Shown here: positions 26,252 through 38,218 of the stretch, in pieces
Numbering within the stretch: the first letter of the stretch is position 1
How the letters are laid out: each line of letters opens with the position of its first letter
Assembly (NCBI RefSeq): GCF_902713615.1
Contig: NC_052152.1
Location: 85,759,228 to 85,823,227, forward strand
Reading direction: 5' to 3'
DNA length: 64,000 bases
From: Scyliorhinus canicula
Lineage: Eukaryota
Made by a program: the position numbers and the translations under genes
The notes under the pieces: generated by a model
Seen by the model: only the letters and a program-made list of their open reading frames with translations
Told to the model about the DNA's origin: nothing
Databases searched by the model: none

Positions 26252-26507
26252 CAATCTCAAATTATTTTCATCTTGTTAACTGAACACTAGGTTGCCCCCT
26301 GATGGGAGTAAGCATAGAGTAACAATGAGACCCACAATTACTTAACTGTCTGGCAGCAGTTCTGGTCAACCACAGAATTATCATCTCCTGGTCTTTCATA
26401 GCTTTCCATTGTCCTTCATCCAAGTTTATGTTGATTCCTCTACTTTCAGTAATATTGGAACATATTGTTGCATCCCCTCATTCATTCTCACTAACATCTG
26501 TAATGAT

Positions 26508-26719
26508 GATGTGGAGATTCCGGCATTGGACTGGGTTAAGCACAGTAAGAAGGCTTACAACACCAGGTTAAAGTCCAACAGGTTTATTTGGAATCACTAG
26601 CTTTGAGAGCGAAGCTCCTTCATCAGGAGAGTTGATCCACCTGATGAAGGAACTACTCTCCGAAAGCTAGTGATTCCAAATAAACCTGCTGGACTTTAAG
26701 CTGGTGTTGTAAGACTTCT
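26508..26719. mobile_element. Penelope-derived palindromic insertion (older copy) with hammerhead motif
   Basis: Imperfect inverted repeat with TSD-like atctgtaatgat/atctgaaatgat. It contains cac-CTGATGA-AGGA..TCC-GAAA-GC-TA-gtg at ~26638-26672. Confidence 0.8.
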
Positions 26720-26819
26720 ATCTGAAATGATAGTTTGGCACTCCAAATGCCTCCCTGACAGTTCAACCATTATATTTGTTGTCTGCTCTATAATGCAGGA
26801 TATTATTATCTGGCACACA

Positions 26820-27516
26820 GGGCGGAATTCTCAGCTCCCGGGAAAAATCGGGAGGGCCGTCGTGAACTCGACCGAGTTTTTGACGGCTTCGGAGGCCGTT
26901 CCTCGCCCCCTATTCTCCCGGCGGGGCTAGGAGCGGCGCTCCGTAATTCTCGGCCGCCGGGCGGCGCGCCGAGAGTGACGCGACGGCGGCGCCTTTGTGA
27001 CGTCAGCCGCGCATGCGCAGGTTGGCCGGCTCCAACCCGTGCATGCGCGGCTGATGTCACGACGGTTGACAGCTCGAACCCGCGCATGCGCGGTGGCCGT
27101 CTTTCCCCTCAGCCGCCCCGCAAGACGTGGCGGCTTGATCTTGCGGGGTGGCAGAGGGGAAATAGTGCATCCGATTGAGACGCCGGCCCGACGATCGGTG
27201 GGCACCGATCACGGGCCTGTCCCCTCCCGAGCTCATTCCCCACCAGGCCCCCTACAAGCCCCAAAACGGGCATCTCACGCCGATTTCATGATGGCAGCGA
27301 CCAGGTGTGGTTGCCGCCGTCGTGAACCGGTCGGGAACGGCAGGCCGCTCAGCCCATCCAGGTCGGAGAATCGCTGGTCGCCGTGAAAAACGGCGAGCGG
27401 CGATTCTTCCGAGCGAGGGTAGGGAGAATCGCGGGGGGCGCCATGGGGTAGTGAAATTAGCCGGGGGGCCCTCCCTCGATTCTCCCACACGGCGTGGGGA
27501 GCGGAGAATCGCGCCC
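26820..27516. mobile_element. Harbinger-type MITE
   Basis: TIRs GGGCGGAATTCTC / GAGAATCGCGCCC with TSD ACA. Both ends resemble those of the Harbinger at 29681-34297. Confidence 0.85.
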
Positions 27517-28294
27517 ACAGCCTCTGAAAAGCAAAATGTGTCTTCTTCCATCTCCTTCAAGATGCAGCTTACTATAGCATCAGACAAAAAGCAGCCTGGG
27601 GCATTTCTGGGAACTGTGCATTAAGGTGTATTTTCTGTTTTGGTGTGCCAGAAGCTTGTTACTGGCTGCATGAATGTTCATACACATACAGTGAATGCCT
27701 TGTGGCTTGGGGACATCAATTTGGAAAAGTCTCACCTGCCATCGGTACTTCTTAAGTATATGCATCATGGTGCATGAAATTACCTCATGATAAAGGAGCT
27801 AATTCTAAAAATGTCTCCCGGGATGCCTGGTCAGATCCTGTGGCATAGAAGCTGAGTGCAGTTGGACCTTCACTGCCATGGATAATGCAGTGCAGGTGAC
27901 AGATAGTCTCCATAGAACTTATTTGACCAGATGGCACACTTCAGTCATAAAGGCTCTATTAACCCTGTTGCTCTCATGGATCTCTCTACCAGCTGAATTA
28001 GTCTCCCTGCTGTACAATACGATATTAGGAATAGCTGTTGCTTCCCTGCTCTGGGGCATATAAAAATCCATTGTATTTTCTAATTGCTATCATTGCTGTG
28101 ATATTCGTTCAAGACTTTACCCTTCATTAAGTTCTCTAATATCAAGACTGACCTTGAATAAATATCACTTTTTGATTATGTTCTACAGCTGCACAATTTT
28201 ACACAAGCTTTTGTTTTTACATTGGCTTGCTGGAAGAGTAAAAAGACAAAGATGATTTTTGCTTATTAATATTTATAAAGCCATTTTGAATTAA

Positions 28295-28380
28295 GAGTCA
28301 TCGGACTCGAAACATTAGCTCTTTTCTCTCCCTACAGATACTGCCAGACTTGCTGAGATTTTCCAGCATTTTCCCTTTCA
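28295..28380 (+). mobile_element. Short, probably Penelope-derived terminal-repeat fragment (second family)
   Basis: gagtc atcg gactc GAAAC hairpin (partial hammerhead) flanked by duplicated cattttgaattaa. A related antisense fragment lies at ~54460-54545. Confidence 0.55.
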
Positions 28381-28397
28381 TTTTGAATTAAACCTAT

Positions 28398-28620
28398 ATG
28401 CCCTGTCAGGTGGACATAAAAGATTGCACAGAAAAGAAAAGAGCAACGATCTTCTTTTATTACTCATCCTAACAGGTTAGCTACTTATCACTCTTCTGTT
28501 TTGGGAATGCTGCTACGTAAAAATTGCCTGTCATGTTTGCTTATGTATATTTCAAAATTGCTTGATTGGCTGTGAAACACTAAGGAACATCTTTAAGATA
28601 TAAGAGGAGCTGCATATTGG
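28398..28620 (+). mobile_element. Ancient Deu-domain SINE relic (SacSINE1/AmnSINE1-like)
   Basis: caggtggacataaaagat...ctgttttgggaatgctgct...aaattg.ctg...ttcaaaa...attggctgtgaaacact follows the Deu core as I recall it. Confidence 0.55.
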
Positions 28621-29918
28621 AAAAATACTTGAAGAGAAAAAAAAGGGAGACCTGTGGAAAAAGAGGTTGCATAATTGGGGACAGCCAGGCAATTCTGTAA
28701 CTGTCATCGTGAGTTTCACATGGTCTCCCTGGTGCCAGGGTGCAAAATGTTCTGCAGGGAAAAGGGAATGAGGCAGAAGATGTGGTGCACATTAATACCA
28801 GCAACATAAAGGGGTCTGGTATTGAGGTTTTATGGCCATGTTTTTGTGAGCTAAGGAGGATGATTCAATGATAGGATCACACTGTTTTTCTGGTGTGTTC
28901 AAGCCACCAACACTCAGTCCTATTCCTATATGAGATGGAGAACTCTCTCCTTTTTGGATCTCCACATAATTAAGCTCCATATTATGTCTGAAGTTTCATC
29001 AAGGCAGATAGAAGATTTCCTCCTTTTCACTGGGCCTATTTTGGAAAACTCCCAAAAGCAACATTACCTTTTCCACAGAAAGATTTGGCAGAGGATAACT
29101 TTGCAAGTTATCACTTTCCATTATTCATGATGGTTGAATCCTTGTCATTTCACTCTTCCCGCATTAAACTTAGTCTCACCTCTAATCCCTTTATCACTTA
29201 ATTCAAATCAGACTTTGCAAAGTTGACATTTTAAAAGACCTCAAAGTGTTCAGACTTGAAGGTTATCCTGAAGTCAGGTTATTTAGATTATGTATTCAAT
29301 TATATTTGAAAGAAACGTCTTGTATTGGTCCAGTTTCATTTTTGGTATGTGTGAATGGATCCAGCTAGTAGATGGGGTTTTCCTGAGGTTCACCAAATGC
29401 CCTCTTTTGAAAATGCCTCATGGTATTTCACTATTTACCTGGGTGCACGAGATACATTACTTGTTATGTTAGATATGCCCCACAACCACCTCCGAACACA
29501 TTCCATCACCCCAAGACTTACAGGGGACATGAGGTAAGAGGGTCCAGCATCTGCATCTTTCACACCAATCCTAGTTGGAGCAAGCATGAATTCTAAATTT
29601 GCTAATTAATAATAATAACAATCTTTATAGTCACAAGTAGTCCTACATTAACACTACAATGAAATTACTGTGAAAACAATGGGCGCGATTCTCCGCACCC
29701 GCGGAAAATCGCGAAGTTGGCTGTGAAAACGGCCGAATTTTGCGACGGCCCGACACAGCCCATTTCCCGAGGTATTCACGTCCGGGAAATGGGCGAGGAA
29801 TGGGGCCGCGTCAATCACGTGCGCGATGATACCGGAACACGGCGACGCTACGAACACGCCTACGTGACGCCGCCCGACGCCGTAAAAAGGCGCGGGCGAG
29901 CACAGAAACTAGGCCAGG

Positions 29919-32245
29919 ATGTCGGAGCTGAGGCGAGCAGCCCCTCGATTCGTGGAGGCTGATGTGGAGATGCTGCTCGAATCAATCGAGCAGAGGAGGG
30001 GCATCATCTGCCCGCGTAGAGGGCATCGCCACCCTGCCAGCGCGGTGCGCCAGGCCTGGCGTGAGGTGGCTGCTGCCGTCAGTGCTGTGGGGCAGACCCC
30101 TCGCTCTGCTGACCAATGTCGGAAGAAGATGCACGACCTCACCAGGGCTGCCAGGGTAAGTGCCAAGAGGGTGCCCCCGGGTCACAACCATCCCTCCCCC
30201 CCCCTTTACTTAATCACCCACCTCCCCCCCTGGCACGGGGGGTGGAGGGGGATTGGGGCAGAGTGAGTTGAGGGTGGTTCACAAAGTTGTCACAGACCCA
30301 GCGCTCTGGCCCCCGTGGAGAGATGCAATGGTCTTATTACAACTTGACCCCCAAACTGTGCCAGTATCTGAACGGACTGCTGATACCTGCCGAATTGTAA
30401 TGATCTACCTATGTACCCTCCCCCAACAGGACAAGACCGCTCACAACACCCGTGAGCGGAACAAGACTGGAGGGGGTTCGCCCATCCTGAAACCCCCTCA
30501 CCACGTTTGAGCAGAGGGCACTGGACCTTGTTGGGGGATCTGCCACCCGGGAGATCGCACAATGCGAGGTTGGCGGAGCTGCAACAAGTGAGACAACCCT
30601 GCATGAAAAACACCCCCCCTCCCCCATCCTCTGTCCCTTCACACACCCTGCCCACTGGCACACCTCCCCCATCCTCTGCCCCTTCACCCACCCTGCCCAC
30701 TGGGACACCTCCCCCATCCTCTGTCCCTTCACACCCTTCCCACTGAGACCGTACAGCGCCCGGCCGAGCGAATCTAAATAACTCATTTCATTCTCTTCCC
30801 TAGGACGTGATGCCGAACGACCAGGGCCGTCTGCCTCCAGGCGGACACAGGCATCTGCCCCCACCTCACCCAGGGCCGCACAACAGAGGGTGCCCAATCA
30901 GTGGGGAGTCCCATCCTCCCCAACCGAATCTGTGGAGCAGGACGCCCAGAGGGCGGCGAGAGAGGAAGAGAGAGAAATGGCCCGCGAAAGCCTGCGGCCT
31001 CTCAGCGGGGCGTTGACATAGAGGAGGCGTCAAACCAAGACGACCTCGAGCTTGCGGCACAGCTATCTCCCACACCATCCACCATCCCAGAGACACTCAC
31101 CCCGGCTGGCCTATTTAGTGATGAGGCTCCTGGGTCACAGTCTGGGTCGCACATCACAGCTGAGCAGGTACAGCAGGTGGAGGTCGGAGCAGCCGAGGGC
31201 CCGGACTGGCGGAGGCCAGGCCAGGCCCAGCATGCAGCTGGCTCCCAGACGTTTTCCGAGTTCCTGGACTTTCTCAACCCACCCGCACAGCCGATGCATC
31301 AAAAAACCCAGGGACACAATGACGGGATGAAGGCTGTCTTCCAGACTCTGCAGACGCTGTTAGAGGAGTCGAACCGCGTCCACGAGCAGGGAGTGGTGCC
31401 GCTCATGGCAGCAACCCAGGCCAACACCGCACGGGTGGCATCCGCGGTGGAGGCAATGGGTCATGTTATGCAAGGCGTTGGGCTTAATGTGCACGCGTCA
31501 TCCTCGGCCCTGGACAGGGTTGCCCTCTCACAGGCAGCAATGCGCCAGAGCCAAAACGACATTGCCGGCGCGCTGCGGGCCTTGGCCGAGTCTCAACAGG
31601 TCATGGCCCAGTCGCAGCACGCCATGGCACAGTCCCAGCAGTCGATGGCACAGTCCCAGAAGTCGATGGCACAGTCCCATCAGTCAGTCGCGGAGAACAT
31701 CAACCGCCTGACACATGTGCTGGATGGCGTCGTGCACACACAGGTTGAGATCGCACAGTCCCTGGCGGGAATGTCTAACTCCCTGGACTCCGTGTCTGCA
31801 AACCTTCGGATCCTGGTGGATACCGTTGCAGGCCTTCAGGACTGGCAGCGCCAGGTGTCGGTGGCGCGACGGGGCACCTCCCCGCTCGCACCTCTGTCCC
31901 AAAGTGAGGCCCGGGAGCCACTGGGCTCCCCGAGGGAGGAGGAGGTTCCGGGGCCCGTCCCATCAACTCCATCACGGGACGTCCCGGAATTCTCGGCCTC
32001 CCCCCCGTCCCATCCCTGGTGCATCGGGTGGGCAGCAGGCAGAGCAGGGTGGCACAACGTCACCCGAGGCGCCCGCAGAGCAGCCTGGCCCATCAAGGCC
32101 GGTTCGCCCCAGGAAACGCTTGCCGAAGGAGAAACTAGTCGAAGGGGGCGATTCGCAGCAATCCTCCTCCACTCCTGCTGTATCATCTGGGGAATCACTT
32201 AGACGTAGTGGTAGGGCCCGTAAGGCAACAAAGAGAGACACTTAG
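29919..32245 (+). pseudogene. Harbinger Myb/SANT-like DNA-binding protein, 3 exons (29919-30155, 30430-30587, 30804-32245), frameshifted as assembled
   Basis: Exon 1 RAAPRF...LL...R.AWREVAAAVSAVG..PRSADQCRKKMHDL is a Myb/SANT trihelix, with donor GTAAGT at 30156. Exon 2 ERNKTGGG..LKPLT.FEQRAL needs removal of one C at 30493-30497. Exon 3 contains the 433-aa ORF with a coiled coil, and a basic C-terminus RRSGRARK in another frame. ATTAAA at ~32313. Confidence 0.8.
30620..30745. repeat. Tandem repeat (~3 units of roughly 45 bp) in Myb intron 2
   Basis: cccccatcctctgtcccttcacacaccctgcccactggcacacct repeated. Confidence 0.8.
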
Positions 32246-32800
32246 TAAGTTGGCACGGGTGAAGGGCACAGTTTAGTTGTAGGGGCTAGGGCACCTGTAA
32301 ATGTTTGTTCACATTAAACGCACTGTTCCACCTTACTTGTATTACCGTGTGATTGTTCCACAGCCACAGGAATCGTGATGGTGACCGAGTGTCGCTGGGG
32401 TTGACGAGCGGTGAAACTTCGGTGCCGGGTGTGCAGTCCCTTCCCCCCCACCCCCTCCCACAGCTAGCCCACACGGGCACGTGATAGAGTGTCCGTGACA
32501 ATCTCAGCGGCCACCAAGGTGGATGGTTCAGCTATTGCCATGGGTCAGACTCTCTCTAACGATTCTGAGCTCACAGCTCTTCGCAGAGCGGGCTGTCATC
32601 ATTCCACATGGCAGTGATCACACCCGCTGACACAGCCATCAATGTTGTACCACACCGTCTGGACCCAGTGATAAGCGTCATGTCGAAGTGGAGCAGTGTA
32701 CACTGAGAGGGGGTGGGGGGTGGGGGTGGGGGGGGCTGTAGTGGTGGCAGTTGTGTATTGACCCTCTGCACGACTAGCGATGCAGGTGGTGGTTTGGTGT

Positions 32801-33373
32801 TCAGCGGGGACGTCGCATACGACGCGTGAACCGTGCTGCCACCAAGGCGATGGCATAGAGGGCGTCGGTCACATCCCGGATACACCTGTGGACTGATGAC
32901 TGGGAGATCCCGGAGAGGTCCCCGCTCGGAGACTGGAAGGAGCCGGTCGCATAGAAGTTATGAGTGACCATCACCTTGATGGCAACCGGGATCGTGTGTC
33001 CTCCCCCCGTTCCACGTGGGGAGAGGTGCGCCATGAGGTGACAGATATGTATCACCGTCTGCCTACTCAGCCGAAGTCTCCTACTGCAGGTGATGTCCGT
33101 CGTTGTTAGGAAAGAGATCCGGACATGGTACACCCTCGGCCTTGGACGTCGCCTCTGGTGCCGTGGCTGCACCCTCACTCTCTCCTCCTCCCCCTCCTCC
33201 TCCTCCCCCCCCCCATGCTGCTCGACGACTGGCAACTCCGCGGCCCTTCCCTCTGCTGCTGCAGCTGGCCCTGCATCCACTGCGGGTTGTGGCTGTGGAT
33301 GCTGCTCCATCTCCAAATGCAGTGCAGCGGCCCCAACCACTGCGCTGAACATAGCCGTTCTGTTCACAGACAT
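32801..33373 (-). CDS. Truncated Harbinger (HARBI1-like) transposase: N-terminal/HTH part fused in frame to the extreme C-terminus, no DDE core
   Basis: RRLRLSRQTVIHIC...NFYATGSFQ...GDLSGISQSSVHRCIRDVTDAL then directly ALVAARFT. There is a candidate 5'-UTR intron at 33383-33996 (GTGAGC...CTTCTGTAG). Confidence 0.85.
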   Translation of the reverse strand: MSVNRTAMFSAVVGAAALHLEMEQHPQPQPAVDAGPAAAAEGRAAELPVVEQHGGGEEEEGEEERVRVQPRHQRRRPRPRVYHVRISFLTTTDITCSRRLRLSRQTVIHICHLMAHLSPRGTGGGHTIPVAIKVMVTHNFYATGSFQSPSGDLSGISQSSVHRCIRDVTDALYAIALVAARFTRRMRRPR

Positions 33374-33699
33374 TGTGCTAACCTACAGAAGGGTGGTGGG
33401 GGGCAGAGAAACGGGACATGTTAGACGGAGGTTAGTCTACACCTCGGCAGCCGCCTGCCACGGGATACCTGTGTGTCCCGGTGGCCTGGTCGCGCTGCTG
33501 ACACGCGGGCAGCCTAACCCCTGGTCACTTTCTGCATCCAACGGGCAGTTAACTACGTCCTCTTGACCGGTGCGTCAGTGGCCTGTGTCCGTAAGCCACA
33601 GGGTAACCAGCGGCCGTGTCCTCGTGGCCGGCATGCCATGGCATGGTGGCAGACATTTTGTAACCGGGGTTGGACGGGTCACTCGCTCACTCTCTCCCT

Positions 33700-33916
33700 A
33701 CCCCCCCACTCCCACTCCCCCCCCCCGTCTCACCTACTCCCCCCCCGTCTCCCACACTCCCCCCTCCATCTCCCCCACTCCCCCCCTCAGTCTCCCCCAC
33801 TCCCCCCTCTGTCTCCCACACTCCCCCCTCCATCTCCCCCACTCCCCCCTCAGTCTCCCCCACTCCCCCCTCCATCTCCCCCACTCCCCTCTCAGTCTCC
33901 CCCACTCCCCCCCCCG
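33700..33916. repeat. 21-bp C-rich minisatellite in the transposase 5' intron
   Basis: ctcccccactcccccctc(cat/agt) repeated about 9 times. Confidence 0.85.
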
Positions 33917-35351
33917 CTCTGGACCCCCCTCCCGTTCTCAGGGATGCCTTCCCCGTTGTGGCCAGACTCCAGCAGTGCGCTGAGCGGTGCGCTCACCTCC
34001 TCGAAGCTCTCGTCAGCCAGCACGACTGGTTGACGAACTTGAAAAGCAGGTGTGTTGGCCGGCGTGAAAACAGTGCGTGATGACGTTGGGACTTCGGCCC
34101 ATTTGGGCCGGAGAATAGCAGGGGGCCAATAAGTAGCGATTCTGGTCGTGTCAGGGGCGCATTCGAGGCCTTTGCCGGGAATCCCGACGTGTAGTTTGTG
34201 CGGGGTTTGGAGAATAGCGGGAGGGCGTCGGACCTGCCGTGAAAATTTGCGCGGCCCGCTATTCTCCGAACCGACGTGAGTGCGGATAATCGTGCCCAAT
34301 TACTTTGTTGCCTGCAATTGTGTCAATTCTCCCTTATTTAATACACCCTCATCACTATCTTCTTCAATCCTGCGGTCAAATCAAAGAAGGTATTTTATTT
34401 ATCAGTATTTGTGAATGAAACAGATCATTGTTTGTTAAAACAACTGTGGAGAAACTTCCTGCTCCTGGAAATTAAAATCACTAAAGAAGAAATCTTAAAC
34501 ATGTTGTTGTGTTTTCCACCTGCTTCTCAAGGAGTCACCCAAATATGACAGGCATCCATAATTTCAATTTAAAATTTTCATGATACCCTAGTATTGAATT
34601 TTTCTGCGTTGGCAATCTGGAAGTTGCAAACAACATTGTGTCCATTACTTCGATCTCAAATTATGTTCAAATTTCCTGTCATTCTCAGTCGTAAAAGCCC
34701 AAACATGTAAATAAGCAGAAATCATCTAAAACAATTGAAATAAAGCACTGAGCTCACAGCATAATGGGCTGAGATTTTAACTCATTCAAACCAATTCTCT
34801 TACTCGGTGTTAAAATCGGGCCGCATATATTCCCTCGTTCAGTTTCGAAATTAAAATTTCGACCCATCTAATCATTATTCATCGCGTCGGACAAACCGTG
34901 CGCAAGAACATGAAATCAGAACATTTTCCAAATTTTTAATGTCACAAACTAATGCCATTACAATATAAACAAAGGAACAGAAAATACAGAGCAAGTCCCA
35001 ATGAGGCTTTAAGGAAAGTTCTCGCAGAAAAAGGCCTGAAAAATGAATGTTTCCTGTTGTGCAATAACGGCACAGGTTTTTGATGGTAATGACGGCGAAC
35101 GTTCAACACTTACCACCATTCTCCCACTGAAACTGACTGCAACTTTGGGAGCTCAGATATGCACAAGTTCAGATGTTGCTGTTACAAAAGTTCACGTTCC
35201 TCCTTGGAGCACGACCTGGAGGTTCTCACAGTCTGCTATCTTGCCTGCAATCATAAATTGCCAAGACGTTCCTGTCTAATGTTGTTAGTCTCACAGTGAA
35301 AACACTGCATGAGTTGTAACTGGGTTTTTTAACAGTTTACAAACTTCATTT

Positions 35352-35553
35352 TCTTTTAATTTAAAGTGCCCAATTCTTTTTTTCCAATTTAGGAGCGATT
35401 TATCATGGCCAATCCACCTACCCTGCACATCTTTGTGTTGTGGGGGAGAGAATGTGCAGGCTCCACACAGACAGTGACCCCGGGCCGGGGTCAAAACCGG
35501 GTCCTCAGCGCTGTAAGGTAGCAGTGTCAACCACTGCACCACCGTGCTGCCCC
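35352..35553 (-). mobile_element. Short HE1-related SINE
   Basis: ggggcagcacggtgg head, with TSD agtttacaaacttcat on both sides. Confidence 0.8.
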
Positions 35554-35974
35554 AGTTTACAAACTTCATAATTCTGCTGAACACCCTCAGGCGACTTGAG
35601 AAACTAATTTTACATTTATGGAATGCTAAATTTATCTACAATAGTTGAAAGATTCAGAGTTTTTAAAAGCATTTTTTAAGTATATCAACTTTCATTTTAG
35701 CTTCTAAGACAGAGTCATCCATTTACTTTGCTACCTGAGAATTATTAATTTGCAAATATTTACTTTTGGTTTGGTGCGTGTGAAAACTTCAATGAGATTA
35801 TCTCTTTACCTGCTTGCTGACATTAGTGCCAGTATGAAACTGCCATCAGGAAAGGGCAATTCCTACAACAGAGCTTTGCAGGCAGCTTTTCTTAAGGTCA
35901 GTGGTGACAGCCCTTACCTATTTGTTGATCACAAAATCTAGGAAGTTGGGAATCATCTTTGAACAAACACTTCT

Positions 35975-36265
35975 GTCAGCACCTTGCAAACCCATGACAT
36001 CTAGCACCTAGAAAGACAATGGCAGCTGATACATGAGACACCACCACCTGCATGCTCCTCTCCAAACCACTCACCATCCTGACTGGAAAATATATTGTTG
36101 TTCCATCACTGTTGCTGTAGCAAAGTCCTGGATCTCCCTCCCTAACATCACCATGGGTGTTCCTACACCACATTGTCTTCAGCAGTTCAAGAAGTTAGCT
36201 CAGTACCATCGCCTCAAAGGCATTTAGGGGCTAACCTGGCTGGCGATGCCCATATCCTGGAAAAA
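35975..36265 (+). mobile_element. LINE 3' UTR fragment (family of 6470-7310)
   Basis: accaccacctgca...tcctgactggaaa...tcctggatctccctccctaac...cagcagttcaagaag. Confidence 0.6.
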
Positions 36266-36959
36266 TATTTTTTTTAAGTTGTATGTTACGCAGGTGTAAG
36301 ACTCTGAAATTGAGGGTAGAGTCATTATTATGGACAGGAGGATTGGAGAGATCATTATAAAGGACTTGGGAGATTCTACTTATGTACAGAACTTGTGCCC
36401 AGAATTCAGCAATCTTTTAGGCCATGTATTTGCTTTGTTCTCCAATTGTGTGTGTCTGCAGATTCAAAAACTCAGGAAATTCCAGGTTAATGCGTCTACG
36501 GAAGATCACAGGTGAATGTGCCCATGCCACTACTGATGGGCGTGTCACTAGTTTGCATGTATTAAATTTGGGCATAAATGTCTGAATCAACCTTTTCAGG
36601 GAATTTTAGTCTCTATTTTGTCAGCTAAACCTAGCTACATTAATTTTCTTGGGGTTGAAATGTCTGTCAGTCTAAACTGGGCTCAGTTCATGATAAGGTG
36701 CTTTTTCATGTAGACGGTTGAACCAGATTATGAGCCGTGAAAATCATGAAGCTGAGAAAGAAAGTAACTGCAGAAGAGGCTTAAGTTTATAATAAATGCT
36801 TTTTAGTTTGCACATGGTGACACAACAGCAACTTGGCTCATTCCACTCTGCCACACTTTCCCCATGGCCCTGCAAATATTCAGAATATTATCAAATTACC
36901 TTTCAAAAGCAATGATTGGACCTGCTTCCACTAGACACTCAGGCAGTGCATTCCAAGTT

Positions 36960-37670
36960 AGAAATATGCAAACATAGAAATCAGGAGCCATTTGGCTCAA
37001 CAAGCCCGTTACACCATTCAATCTGATCATGGCTGATCTGTCTATCTCAGCGCTATAATCCCACACTCTCCACATACCCCTTGATGTCTTTTAGGGCTGG
37101 AAATCTATCTATTTATTTCTTAAATGCATTCAATGACTTGGCCTCCATAGACTTACGTGGTAGAAAATTTGAAAGTTTCACACCTTCTGAGTGAAGAAAT
37201 TTCTCTTCATTTCAGTGCAAAATGGTCTATCCCATATCCGAAACCATGACCCCTTGTTCTAGACCCTCCAGCCAAGGGAAACATCATACTTGCATTCAGC
37301 CTGTCCAGACCTGTCATTTTATATGTTTCAAAGAGATCCCCTCTCATTCTTCTAAACTCCAGCGAATACAAGCCTATTTGACCCAATCCCTCCTCATTAT
37401 GACAACCCTGCTATCCCAGAAATCAGTCTGGTGAACCTTTGGTGAACTCCCTCAATGGCAAGTATATCCTTTTTTAGGTAAGGAGACCCAAACTGCACAT
37501 AGTACTCCAGGTGTGGTCTCACCATAGCCCTGTACAACTGCAGGAAGACATCCTTGCTCCAGTGCTCAATTCCTCTTGCAATGCAGTCCAACATGCCATT
37601 TGCCTTCCTAACTGCTTGCTGTATCTGCATGCTTTCTTTCAGTGACTGCTGTCCAAGGACACCCAGGTTC
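36960..37670 (-). mobile_element. CR1 LINE 3' fragment
   Basis: ORF QQAVRKANGML..IARGIE...LYRAMVRPHLEYYVQF. Confidence 0.85.
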
Positions 37671-38010
37671 TAACCACACACCGTATTAAAAAAAACCTTT
37701 TCCTCATTCCACTGTTGATTGTTTTGCCAATCACATACAATCGGTGCCCTCTGTTTCTCAACCCTGCATCCAATGGGAACAGTTTCACTCTATCTACTCG
37801 GTCTCATTATGATTTTGGACACTTCTATTAACTCATCTCTCAATCTTCTCTTCTCCAAAGAAAACAACTTCTCCAATTATCCGTGTAAATGAAATCCCTC
37901 ACCTTCAAACCATTCTCCTATATTTTGCTACACCCTTTGCAATATAGCTGTACATTCTTCATAAAGTGTGGTACCCAGAGCTTTGGTACCCTATGCCTCT
38001 ATTTATAAAT

Positions 38011-38218
38011 GATGTGGAGATGCCGGCGTTGGACTGGGGTGAGCACAGTAAGAAGTCTTACAACACCAGGTTAAAGTCCAACAGGTTTGATTCAAACACG
38101 CGCTTTCGGAGCGCAGCTCCTTCCTCAGGTGAATTCACCTGAGGAAGGAGCTGCTCTCCGAAAGCTCGTGTTTGAATCATACCTGTTGGACTTTAACCTG
38201 GTGTTGGAAGACTTCTTA
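38011..38218. mobile_element. Penelope-derived palindromic insertion inside a decayed CR1 (37690-38320)
   Basis: Near-perfect palindrome centred on ggtgaattcacc, TSD ctctatttataaa (37997-38009 / 38219-38231), and CTGAGGA...GAAAGCTC at 38139-38167. Confidence 0.85.

Larger units (their letters stand above)
29681..34297. mobile_element. PIF/Harbinger DNA transposon with convergent Myb/SANT and transposase genes, internally deleted
   Basis: TIRs GGGCGCGATTCTCCGCAC / GTGCGGATAATCGTGCCC, 3-bp TSD AAT (29678-29680, 34298-34300), and two convergent genes. Confidence 0.92.

Noticed and set aside
5582-27624. Many overlapping 70-195-aa ORFs in GC-rich patches (5.6-6.3, 9.3-10.2, 16.5-17.4, 20.0-20.7, 26.8-27.6 kb)
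   Set aside because: They fall inside TIR-bounded MITEs, are open in several frames because of GC content, and show no recognisable domains.
32801-33373. Host HARBI1 or NAIF1/MSANTD domesticated genes
   Set aside because: Both genes sit between intact TIRs with a TSD and carry lesions, which fits a transposon copy rather than a host gene.
33563-34080. Proline-rich extensin-like ORFs
   Set aside because: They are translations of a 21-bp C-rich minisatellite.
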